In this document: piece by piece, positions 23,921-32,000 of the stretch
How the letters are laid out: the number at the start of each line of letters is the position of its first letter
Numbering within the stretch: the first letter of the stretch is position 1
NCBI RefSeq assembly: GCF_000195975.1
Contig: NC_005070.1
Span: 1,710,001-1,742,000, forward strand
Source: Parasynechococcus marenigrum WH 8102
Lineage (GTDB): Bacteria; Cyanobacteriota; Cyanobacteriia; PCC-6307; Cyanobiaceae
Direction: 5' to 3'
DNA: 32,000 nucleotides
Translations under genes and position numbers: made by a program
Notes under the pieces: model-generated
The model's input: the letters and a program-made list of their open reading frames with translations, nothing else
Databases searched by the model: none
Told to the model about the DNA's origin: nothing

Positions 23921-25384
23921 TCAGTAGAGTCCTACCCCCGCCGGCAACGTCACCACACGTTTGGCTGATTCACCACAGGTGCGCGGGGTTGGGAGCACCT
24001 TGCCGGGGTTCGCCCGCTGCTCAGGGTCGAAGGCCTGACGCAACAGCGACATGGTGTCGAGGTCATCGGGACCGAACATCCAGTCGAGATAGCAGCGCTT
24101 GTCGGCACCGACACCATGCTCACCGCTGATGCTGCCGCCTGCATCGAGGCAGACCCTCAGAATCGCCGCACCAAGTTCCTTGACTTTTCGTTCCGCCTCG
24201 GGATCGGCAGCTGAGTAAAGAATCAGCGGATGCAGATTGCCGTCACCGGCGTGGAAGACATTGGCCACCGGCAGACCGTGCTCCTGGCTGAGCCGCTCAA
24301 TCTCCGCCAGCACCGCGGGCAGTGTGCTGCGGGGAACAACCCCGTCCTGCACGTAATACGTGGGTGTGATCTTGCCCACTGCAGAAAAAGCGGACTTGCG
24401 GCCCTTCCACAACACTGCACATTCGCCTGGATCCTCAGCCCGGCGGAGCCCCCTGGCCCCGGCCTGACGGCAGAGCAACTCGGCCTGCTCAGCGGACTCC
24501 TGCACCTCCGCTGCCTGACCATCGAGCTCGATCAGCAGAACGGCAGCTGCGTCCCTTGGGTACTCGTCGTACCCAAAGAAATCATCAACGGCATTGATCG
24601 TGACATTGTCCATGATTTCCATGCCTGCGGGCAACAGACCAGCGGCAGTAATAGAACGCACGGCTTCACCGGCCGCGGCCATCGTTGCGAAATCAGCCAG
24701 AAGCACATTCACGCACTCCGGAGCTCTCAACAGACGCAGGGTGATGGCCGTCGCGATGCCGAGAGTGCCTTCACTGCCGATGAAAGCTCCGCGCAGATCC
24801 AGCTCCGGGGACTCCGCCAGACCGTTGCCGAGCTGGGTCACCGTGCCATCCGGAAGCACTACCTCAAGGCCAAGCACGTGGTTGCTGGTGACGCCGTACT
24901 TGAGGCAATGGACCCCACCGGAGCTCTCAGCCACATTGCCGCCGATGCTGCAGACCACCTGGCTGGAGGGATCCGGGGCGTAATAAAACCCATCGCCTGC
25001 CACAGCGCGGGTCACCCAGCTGTTGATGACGCCGGGTTGCACCGTGAGCCGCTGATTGTCCAGGTCGACCTCCAACACCTTGCGCATGCGACTGGTGATC
25101 ACCAGCAACGCCTGCTGGTCAACAAGGGCCCCGCCGGAAAGGCCCGTGCCGCTGCCCCGAGCCACAAAAGGAATCCCGTGGGCATGGCAGCAGCGCAGCA
25201 CCGCCGCCACCTGCCCGGTGTCCTCGGGCAGCACCGCCAAGGGCGGTGCATGACGATCCATGGTCAGGCCGTCACAGTCGTAACTCAGCAGTTCCTGACG
25301 TTTCGTCACCACAGCACGCTGGGGTAAAGAACGGCGGAGATCCCTCTCCAGCGCTGACCAGTCGTGGAACACAGCAACCTTCAT
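23921..25384 (-). CDS. glcD: Glycolate oxidase/dehydrogenase subunit GlcD (FAD-linked oxidase)
   Basis: 487 aa. FAD-binding PCMH region [11 protein letters not shown], and C-terminal [14 protein letters not shown]. Confidence 0.9.
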   Translation of the reverse strand: MKVAVFHDWSALERDLRRSLPQRAVVTKRQELLSYDCDGLTMDRHAPPLAVLPEDTGQVAAVLRCCHAHGIPFVARGSGTGLSGGALVDQQALLVITSRMRKVLEVDLDNQRLTVQPGVINSWVTRAVAGDGFYYAPDPSSQVVCSIGGNVAESSGGVHCLKYGVTSNHVLGLEVVLPDGTVTQLGNGLAESPELDLRGAFIGSEGTLGIATAITLRLLRAPECVNVLLADFATMAAAGEAVRSITAAGLLPAGMEIMDNVTINAVDDFFGYDEYPRDAAAVLLIELDGQAAEVQESAEQAELLCRQAGARGLRRAEDPGECAVLWKGRKSAFSAVGKITPTYYVQDGVVPRSTLPAVLAEIERLSQEHGLPVANVFHAGDGNLHPLILYSAADPEAERKVKELGAAILRVCLDAGGSISGEHGVGADKRCYLDWMFGPDDLDTMSLLRQAFDPEQRANPGKVLPTPRTCGESAKRVVTLPAGVGLY

Positions 25385-25497
25385 ACCAGGTCAGGCTAAG
25401 CAGGCAACTGGGGTCGATCGACACACTCCAGGCAGATCTGGGGGTTCCTGGGTCAGGATGTTGCACGGTTTGCATCAGCCTCTTGGCGTCGGTTCCA

Positions 25498-26799
<1,302 letters not shown>

Positions 26800-26817
26800 T
26801 CCTCACTGAGTGCGGTG

Positions 26818-27282
26818 ATGCCTTTCCTTCTGGCAGCTGCCGCCACACCGCCTCCCTTGGTCTGCACGATCGAGACAGTTGAGAGTCGCTGGACCCCGCG
26901 CAAGATTGCCGGGGTTCGGATGCTGAAGGGCCAGACGTTCAAGGTGACACGCACACCCGAGATCACGTTGACGCCCCGTTATGTGGTCGACAGCCGGATC
27001 ACCAGCCTGGCGGAAGAAACAGAGCCGCCGATCGGCTCAGTCGAAAACGAGAGGCTGCGCTACAGCTGGAACTACGTCGCACCGCTGGGTCCTGTGGCAC
27101 CGCCCCCGACGGTCGGAAACGCCAACCGCAAGGCTTCGATCAGCGTGGAAGGGCAACTGTTAATCCAGCCGAACCGCCGTTTCGAGCTGGCGAACCTTTC
27201 CTCCGTGACCGCCGAGGGCAGCACCACAGCACTGACGACACTTCGAGACAGCGCATCAGGTACTTGCCGTGAACAACGCTGA
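26818..27282 (+). CDS. Hypothetical protein, possibly a lipoprotein, unknown family
   Basis: About 154 aa with a GC3-rich codon pattern. N-terminus MPFLLAAAATPPPLVC. It starts 18 nt after hemL and overlaps the cdd start by 14 nt. Confidence 0.5.
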   Translation: MPFLLAAAATPPPLVCTIETVESRWTPRKIAGVRMLKGQTFKVTRTPEITLTPRYVVDSRITSLAEETEPPIGSVENERLRYSWNYVAPLGPVAPPPTVGNANRKASISVEGQLLIQPNRRFELANLSSVTAEGSTTALTTLRDSASGTCREQR

Positions 27283-27661
27283 AGCACTCCTGGCGGCAGC
27301 TCGTGAGGCGGCTGAACAGGCCCATTGCCCTTATTCAAACTTTCACGTTGGTGCGGCCGTGCGCTGCAGCGATGGCACCGTCGTGACCGGCTGCAATGTG
27401 GAGAACGCCAGCTACGGCCTCACCATCTGTGCTGAACGGGTTTCTTTGTTCAACTGTGTGGCCCAGGGTCTGCAGCCGCTTGAGCTGGCAGTGAGTTGTG
27501 TGGATGCCCAGAACAACACTTCGCTTTCGTCGCGGATGCCCTGTGGAGCCTGCCGTCAGGTGATGCAGGAACTGCTGCCGAACAATGCCATCGTTCATAT
27601 CGACGGCGTCGGTCAACGGCGCATTAATCAGCTTCTACCGGAAGGATTCGGCTTGAATTGA
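27269..27661 (+). CDS. cdd: Cytidine deaminase
   Basis: 130 aa. CPYSNFHVGAAV, CAERV, PCGACRQVMQE zinc ligands. GTG start. Confidence 0.85.
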   Translation: MNNAEALLAAAREAAEQAHCPYSNFHVGAAVRCSDGTVVTGCNVENASYGLTICAERVSLFNCVAQGLQPLELAVSCVDAQNNTSLSSRMPCGACRQVMQELLPNNAIVHIDGVGQRRINQLLPEGFGLN

Positions 27662-28141
27662 TGTCGTCTGAGCCCAGCGAGAAAGAGCCTTGTCTTGATC
27701 ACTAATCTCCTCAACACTGGCATAAAAAAAATCATTCCATCCCTGATCTGGCAAGCCAGCAAAAAGCATCAGATTGAGCGGAAACTCCTCGGAATCAGTA
27801 CATCGACGGAAGTCGTCACGGAACAGAAAGGTGGGTTTGCCCAAGGCGATAGCAGCACCGAGCTCCACCATGACTCCCTCATCAGGTGGTGTTCCGTTGA
27901 CGATGGCGAACAAAGCATCGGCGTCCCGAACATCTTGAAGATCACGTTGGGCCACCTGGTGAGCCCATCCGGGTTTGCTCAGATCGACCTGTCCATTGCG
28001 CTCGAACGGTTCCCAAACTTCAAGACCCAGCCCTTCAAGAGCTCTGATGAATTCCGGCAGCAGCAGACGCTTCCATTGTGCTGAAAATCCATAAGGAGAG
28101 GCGAGGTAAATCGTGCGCCGTGATTTGTGGGATTCATTCAT
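27635..28141 (-). CDS. Nucleoside 2-deoxyribosyltransferase family protein
   Basis: IYLASPYGFS near the N-terminus, and DADALFAIVNGTPPDEGVMVELGAAIALGKP with the catalytic-type Glu. The start is taken at the internal ATG at 28141 (MNESHK). Confidence 0.8.
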   Translation of the reverse strand: MNESHKSRRTIYLASPYGFSAQWKRLLLPEFIRALEGLGLEVWEPFERNGQVDLSKPGWAHQVAQRDLQDVRDADALFAIVNGTPPDEGVMVELGAAIALGKPTFLFRDDFRRCTDSEEFPLNLMLFAGLPDQGWNDFFYASVEEISDQDKALSRWAQTTSIQAESFR

Positions 28142-28151
28142 GACGATCAGC

Positions 28152-28541
28152 TCAGCGTCGAGAGCTGCGATAGGCCTGCTCATCAGCCATCGCTTGATCG
28201 GCATTTTCCCAGGGGAAGAGCAACCACTCAGGACTGTCCACCACCTCAGCGGCATGCCACCAAAGCGGTGGGGTTTTACTCACCCAAACTGCGAAGGATG
28301 CTTGAGGAAACTGCAAACGCAGTGTCTCAAGCGTTCGTCCAGTCTCATAAACGTCATCGACGACCAGAGCATCAGGCTCTGGGGACTGCAGCAGTGGCAG
28401 ATCCATGGCATGACTCAGGGCCACCGCAAGACAGAGTCCGCCACGGGGCACTCCGTACACACCCGTGAGGTCTCGACTCCTCGCCCTGACGGCCAGAAGA
28501 GCCACTGCATCGTCGAATTGCTGCCAGCTCAGCACCCTCAT
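28152..28541 (-). CDS. Small type-I phosphoribosyltransferase (Gpt/Hpt-like)
   Basis: 129 aa. GVPRGGL, PRPP loop ALVVDDVYETGRTL, and C-terminal WLLFPWE. Confidence 0.8.
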   Translation of the reverse strand: MRVLSWQQFDDAVALLAVRARSRDLTGVYGVPRGGLCLAVALSHAMDLPLLQSPEPDALVVDDVYETGRTLETLRLQFPQASFAVWVSKTPPLWWHAAEVVDSPEWLLFPWENADQAMADEQAYRSSRR

Positions 28542-28576
28542 GATCGGACAATGGCATCGATCGGCAGTGATGGCCC

Positions 28577-28816
28577 ATGACCAGCGACATTCCGCCTCAA
28601 GAACAAACCCGCAAATGGTTTCGTAGTCATTTACTCAACCGTGAGGTGGAACTTCAAGAGCTTTACGACCTTCCTCAGGGGGATCTGGACCTTCTGATGG
28701 CAGAAACAGCCGAGATCCGCTCAGACACTGAAAACCGCTCACGCAGCCATGGGCGCTGGTGCACCGCTGGCTACGTTCTTGAATTGGCTCGGATCATTGA
28801 TGCACGCCGAGCCTGA
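28577..28816 (+). CDS. Hypothetical 79-aa protein
   Basis: ATG ORF in the lower-GC islet, divergent from the PRTase gene. No motif recognised. Confidence 0.35.
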   Translation: MTSDIPPQEQTRKWFRSHLLNREVELQELYDLPQGDLDLLMAETAEIRSDTENRSRSHGRWCTAGYVLELARIIDARRA

Positions 28817-28818
28817 TA

Positions 28819-29022
28819 TCAAGCTGCCTTGAGATAAATCTTTCGTCCACGTGTGTCCAAGCGATACTTACCTCCACGAGGTCCGATGTGAATGGCATCG
28901 GAATCAGCCGGTGACGACAAGGAAATGACAGGTGGCAAAGGGATTTGTGGAATGTCCACAGTCACCCTGGGCTTAAAAATGTTGCGCCCGGTTTTCAGGT
29001 AGAGAAAAGTTGCGATACGCAT
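28819..29022 (-). CDS. Hypothetical 67-aa protein with a C-terminal GPRGGKY...GRKIY basic motif
   Basis: ATG ORF. HIGPRGGKYRLDTRGRKIYLK resembles, from memory, the PBCV-type basic adaptor motif. Locally low GC. Confidence 0.35.
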   Translation of the reverse strand: MRIATFLYLKTGRNIFKPRVTVDIPQIPLPPVISLSSPADSDAIHIGPRGGKYRLDTRGRKIYLKAA

Positions 29023-29139
29023 TGCCCACTCTCCTATTGAATGAGATCTCTATTCATTATCCAGCGGTGTCAATGGCTAAGGGCGCGACGGTAAATCATG
29101 CATCTCAGTCACGCCATGCCACGCAGTCTATTCAAACTC

Positions 29140-29180
29140 AAAAAATCGACAAACTGATTAATCGTAATCAGATTAATCAG
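29140..29180 (-). terminator. Probable pstS terminator: perfect 10-bp AT-rich hairpin plus a T-rich tail
   Basis: Minus strand reads CTGATTAATC TGATTAC GATTAATCAG TTTGTCGATTTTTT, starting 14 nt after the pstS stop. Confidence 0.5.
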
Positions 29181-29193
29181 AACCCAATAAAAA

Positions 29194-30171
29194 TCACTCG
29201 CCGATATTGTTCACTGCATCCTTTGATTTCGCCAGAATATCACCCCGTAAAGGAACAAAACCAAGCCGTGGAGCCACATTCTGCGCCTCATCGCTCAACA
29301 TGAAATTGAACACATCCTTGATGGTTGCAGCATCGGGGCCATTGCCCCTTTCATAAGCCAACACCCAGGTGAGTGTGGCGATTGGATAGGCACCAGCTGC
29401 TGATGGATTCGGGTTCTCACCAGCCAAATTTTGATCGAGGGTGATCTGATTCAAGGCAATGGCACCTGCCTCAACGCTTGGCTTGACGAACTCCCCTGCC
29501 AGATTCTGCAACGCAGCTGCTTTGATCGAACCACGGATATACGACTGATTGAGATAACCGATGGCCCCTTCCCGCTTCTTGATCACAGCCGCAACACCAG
29601 CATTGCCCTTGGCACCAACACCACTGGGCCAATTCACCGCTTTACCGGTTCCCAAGGTCCAGGCCGAGGAAAAGGCCGCCATCGAACTGGTGAAGGCCTT
29701 GGTGGTTCCAGAGCCATCGGATCGGTGCACCCAAGAAATCGGACCGGGGTCGCAACCCAACTCCGACCAGTCCTTGATCGCGGACATGGCCACCTTGACT
29801 GCCTGCTCCTGGGTCAGTTTCAGCTCACAGCCAGATTTGTTGTATCCAAAAGCGATCGTGCCTCCGATCATCGGGATCTGAACAACCCCACGCTTCACCT
29901 TGCGGCGATCACGGCTGATCATCGGGTCATCGGATGCACCGAAATTAACGGTCTGATCCAGATAAGCCTTTCGACCCGAACCGGACCCAATGGCCTGGTA
30001 ATTAACCATCGGGCCATCGTTACCGGCCAGCATCCCGAACCAACGCTGATAGATCTGGGCAGGGAACGTGGCCCCTGCTCCGGTGATCCGCCCAGACGCA
30101 AAAGCAGAACCGCTCAGGCTGAGCAGGAGAACCGCGCCTGACACGACAGAAGGTCTGATCAGGTTGTTCAT
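29194..30171 (-). CDS. pstS: Phosphate ABC transporter substrate-binding protein (orphan copy, no pstCAB adjacent)
   Basis: 325 aa. Signal peptide ending AFA-SG, then ITGAGATFPAQIYQRW, YQAIGSGSGRK, FGASDDPM. Confidence 0.9.
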   Translation of the reverse strand: MNNLIRPSVVSGAVLLLSLSGSAFASGRITGAGATFPAQIYQRWFGMLAGNDGPMVNYQAIGSGSGRKAYLDQTVNFGASDDPMISRDRRKVKRGVVQIPMIGGTIAFGYNKSGCELKLTQEQAVKVAMSAIKDWSELGCDPGPISWVHRSDGSGTTKAFTSSMAAFSSAWTLGTGKAVNWPSGVGAKGNAGVAAVIKKREGAIGYLNQSYIRGSIKAAALQNLAGEFVKPSVEAGAIALNQITLDQNLAGENPNPSAAGAYPIATLTWVLAYERGNGPDAATIKDVFNFMLSDEAQNVAPRLGFVPLRGDILAKSKDAVNNIGE

Positions 30172-30242
30172 GCTCGGGTCAATACCTTCTGTGAATCGTA
30201 AAGCGATCCAACCGAGTTGTCGTCCCCTTGAACGAAACTGAA

Positions 30243-30740
30243 TCAGCGGTAATTCTCAAACTGCAGCGGCACATCCAACTCGTCTTCCTTGCTTTTGACC
30301 AACTGGATCGCCGCCTGCAGATCGTCCTTGCTTTTGCCCGTAATCCGCACACTCTCCCCCTGAATCGCCACGGTGACTTTTTTCAGTTCATCCCGCACGA
30401 TTTTGCTGAGCTTCTTGGCGATCTCCTGGCTGAGGCCCTTACGCAGTTTCACCACCTGCTTCACCCGATTGCCACCAACACTCTCTGGAGTTTGAAAATC
30501 GAAGATCTTCAACGACAGATTGCGCTTGGTGGCCTTGGCCCGCAGCACATCCTCGACAGCTTGCAGCGTCATGTCACTGGCTGTGGTGATCACCAGTTCT
30601 GTTTCCTCCAGCTGAATCTCCGTGTTGGAGTCCTTGAGGTCGTAGCGGTTGCCGACATCACGTCGCACCTGATCAAGGGTGTTGACCAGCTCCTGACGGT
30701 CGAAGTCGGAGACCACATCAAAGGACGATGTGCTTGCCAT
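30243..30740 (-). CDS. yajQ: YajQ-family nucleotide-binding protein (UPF0234)
   Basis: SSFDVVSDFDRQELVNTLDQVRRDVGNRYDLKDS ... LQFENYR. The start is taken at the internal ATG (MASTSSFD). Confidence 0.85.
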   Translation of the reverse strand: MASTSSFDVVSDFDRQELVNTLDQVRRDVGNRYDLKDSNTEIQLEETELVITTASDMTLQAVEDVLRAKATKRNLSLKIFDFQTPESVGGNRVKQVVKLRKGLSQEIAKKLSKIVRDELKKVTVAIQGESVRITGKSKDDLQAAIQLVKSKEDELDVPLQFENYR

Positions 30741-30797
30741 GACTCGCGTTCGTTCCAGCCTCCAGCTTAGAAAGGCCCCCATTCACGGCCTATATCC

Positions 30798-31250
30798 ATG
30801 TCTCTGCTGCAGCTGTTCACCGCCACGGATGCCGCTCCCTACGCCTGGTCTCTGGTTTTAGCCGGCGGAACAGTTGTTGCCAGCATCATCCCCCTCGGGG
30901 CGGCACGTTCGGCTGCCAATTTCGAAATGAAGGACATGGCCGCCCCCCGGGCGATGTTCGAGCGATTTCCTGCCTGGGGCAAACGGGCCAGCTGGGCCCA
31001 CCAGAACAGCTTCGAAGCCTTCACCCTTCACGCGCCAGCAGCAGTTCTTGCCCTGATCGCCGCACTGCACACCGGCCCCCTGCCTGGGCTCGCCCTCACC
31101 GCCGCCTTCCTCCATCCAGCTCTGAGGCTGGCTTACATCGCGGCTTACGTGGGAAATGTGCCCCCCGTCCGGGGGCTTTGCTGGGCCACGGGTCTGCTGT
31201 GCAGCGGAATTCTCTACAGCGAAGGGCTTAAAGCGTTCCTGAATGGTTGA
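30798..31250 (+). CDS. MAPEG-family membrane protein
   Basis: 150 aa and about 4 TM segments. RAHQNSFEAF-type motif (WAHQNSFEAFTLHAPA). Confidence 0.7.
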   Translation: MSLLQLFTATDAAPYAWSLVLAGGTVVASIIPLGAARSAANFEMKDMAAPRAMFERFPAWGKRASWAHQNSFEAFTLHAPAAVLALIAALHTGPLPGLALTAAFLHPALRLAYIAAYVGNVPPVRGLCWATGLLCSGILYSEGLKAFLNG

Positions 31251-31260
31251 TCCAAGGTGA

Positions 31261-31794
31261 TCAATCGAAATACAGAAGACTCACCACTTTTCCCATGTCT
31301 TCCGCCGTTCTGGCGCTCGACAGCAGAGTTTCACTGTCATGAAAGGCAAGGCAGATCAGTTGATCACAGCGATTGATAATTTCCTGGTTGCAGAGGCTGC
31401 TGGCCATCGGCAATGGCAGATCGTCCTGTTCCGGCTTCTCGACCAGATGCAGCACTCGGTCGAGAAGGTCGCGGATTTCCGTGGGCTGCCGATCCAGGCT
31501 CTGGGGCAACAGCACAGTCAGTTGAGATGCATCCACATCCAAACAACCCCGGATCACAGCTGCGTTAACACCCTGTGAACCGGACGTGATCAGCGAGTGT
31601 CCTTCTTGCACCAACGAGCGGGCCACTAGCTGTACAAGGTGAATGGCCACAACGGGAACATGCCGGCTGCCAAGAATGGCGATCCGCCGTTTGCCCTTGT
31701 CCTGCAACAGAGCAAGTTCCTGCGCCAGGGTGTCGACCCGATCGAGGGCTGGAAGATCCAGTGACTGACCCAAGGACAACTCGCCGGCCTTCAT
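31261..31794 (-). CDS. Short DprA/Smf-like Rossmann-fold protein (SLOG superfamily)
   Basis: 177 aa. RIAILGSRHVP...LITSGSQGVNAAVIRGCL...LTVLLPQSLD... parallels the DprA core (GSR...SGxAxGIDxxAHxxAL). It lacks the DprA N- and C-terminal domains. Confidence 0.55.
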   Translation of the reverse strand: MKAGELSLGQSLDLPALDRVDTLAQELALLQDKGKRRIAILGSRHVPVVAIHLVQLVARSLVQEGHSLITSGSQGVNAAVIRGCLDVDASQLTVLLPQSLDRQPTEIRDLLDRVLHLVEKPEQDDLPLPMASSLCNQEIINRCDQLICLAFHDSETLLSSARTAEDMGKVVSLLYFD

Positions 31795-31810
31795 TGGAAG
31801 CTAGCAACCA

Positions 31811-32000
31811 TCAGGCGACGTGAACCGGCAGGTTCAGAGCTGAAAACAGGCGGTCCAAGCGACAGTGCTCTTCCACCAGACGGAAGGCATAGGTGGCCTT
31901 CACGGCCTCATGCAACCGCACATGGCCGAAGGCCTGTTCAATTACCTCCACCGTGGCCAGCGTGTCGTGGTCAACCTTGAGCAGCGGAACATCCAGCTCC
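31811..32000 (-). CDS. 3' end of an unidentified CDS. The 5' part lies beyond the window.
   Basis: Open minus-strand frame from the window edge to the TGA at 31813..31811. It translates ELDVPLLKVDHDTLATVEVIEQAFGHVRLHEAVKATYAFRLVEEHCRLDRLFSALNLPVHVA and ends 16 nt upstream of the DprA-like gene. Confidence 0.45.
   Translation of the reverse strand, partial: ELDVPLLKVDHDTLATVEVIEQAFGHVRLHEAVKATYAFRLVEEHCRLDRLFSALNLPVHVA

Noticed and set aside
24230-25327. 365-aa plus-strand ORF
   Set aside because: Antisense shadow of glcD, whose FAD-oxidase motifs are on the minus strand.
29010-29303. 97-aa plus-strand ORF
   Set aside because: It spans AT-rich intergenic DNA and the pstS 3' end, includes the terminator palindrome, and has a Gln/Asn/Ile-rich composition typical of AT-rich noise.
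29431-30141. 236-aa plus-strand ORF
   Set aside because: Antisense shadow of pstS.
30172-30242. Search for a Pho box (tandem PyTTAAPyPy repeats with 11-bp phasing) upstream of pstS
   Set aside because: Only isolated weak half-sites (TTTCGTTC, CTTTACGA) without the required phasing. No call made.
30228-30770. 180-aa plus-strand ORF
   Set aside because: Antisense to yajQ. The minus-strand product matches the YajQ family end to end.

Overview
About 60% GC chromosomal segment with gene content typical of a marine picocyanobacterium of the Synechococcus type. This taxonomic call rests on a cyanobacterial group-1 sigma factor, hemC/hemL, idiA-futAB, glcD, PhoX and an orphan pstS. From memory the gene order resembles Synechococcus sp. 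WH 8102, but I cannot verify that here. The window is densely packed with about 45 coding regions. I found no rRNA, tRNA, CRISPR array, transposase or integrase. Left to right the genes are: priA (partial), rpoD/sigA, a hypothetical, hemC, a YkuD L,D-transpeptidase interrupted by an in-frame TAA, a PhyH-like 2OG oxygenase, ppa, an M32 carboxypeptidase, a Cys-rich secreted mini-protein coupled to a DCC thiol-disulfide oxidoreductase, and a plus-strand operon yjbQ / pterin-4a-carbinolamine dehydratase / COG0523 His-rich metallochaperone / small TM ORF ending in a strong terminator. Then come futA and futB. A six-gene, tightly coupled minus-strand cluster follows (conserved hypothetical, orphan FtsH-like HEXXH protease domain, larC, flippase-like TM protein, phytase-like protein, Tat-lipoprotein PhoX). 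After it are a TPR protein, a small secreted protein, xthA, glcD and hemL / hypothetical / cdd. A lower-GC islet carries a nucleoside 2-deoxyribosyltransferase, a small PRTase, two orphan mini-ORFs and an orphan pstS. The window ends with yajQ, a MAPEG protein, a short DprA-like protein and a partial unknown CDS. The best leads are: (i) a possible sRNA with a Yfr1-like CUCCUCACAC motif and terminator in the rpoD downstream spacer, next to a 26-aa hydrophobic mini-ORF; (ii) the Cys-rich secreted peptide coupled by an ATGA overlap to the DCC oxidoreductase; (iii) the heterogeneous translationally coupled larC / orphan protease / PhoX cluster; (iv) the NDT-PRTase pair in the low-GC islet; (v) the in-frame stop in the L,D-transpeptidase. 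No recognisable complete defence or mobile system is visible. All functional calls come from motif recognition by eye, not database searches.
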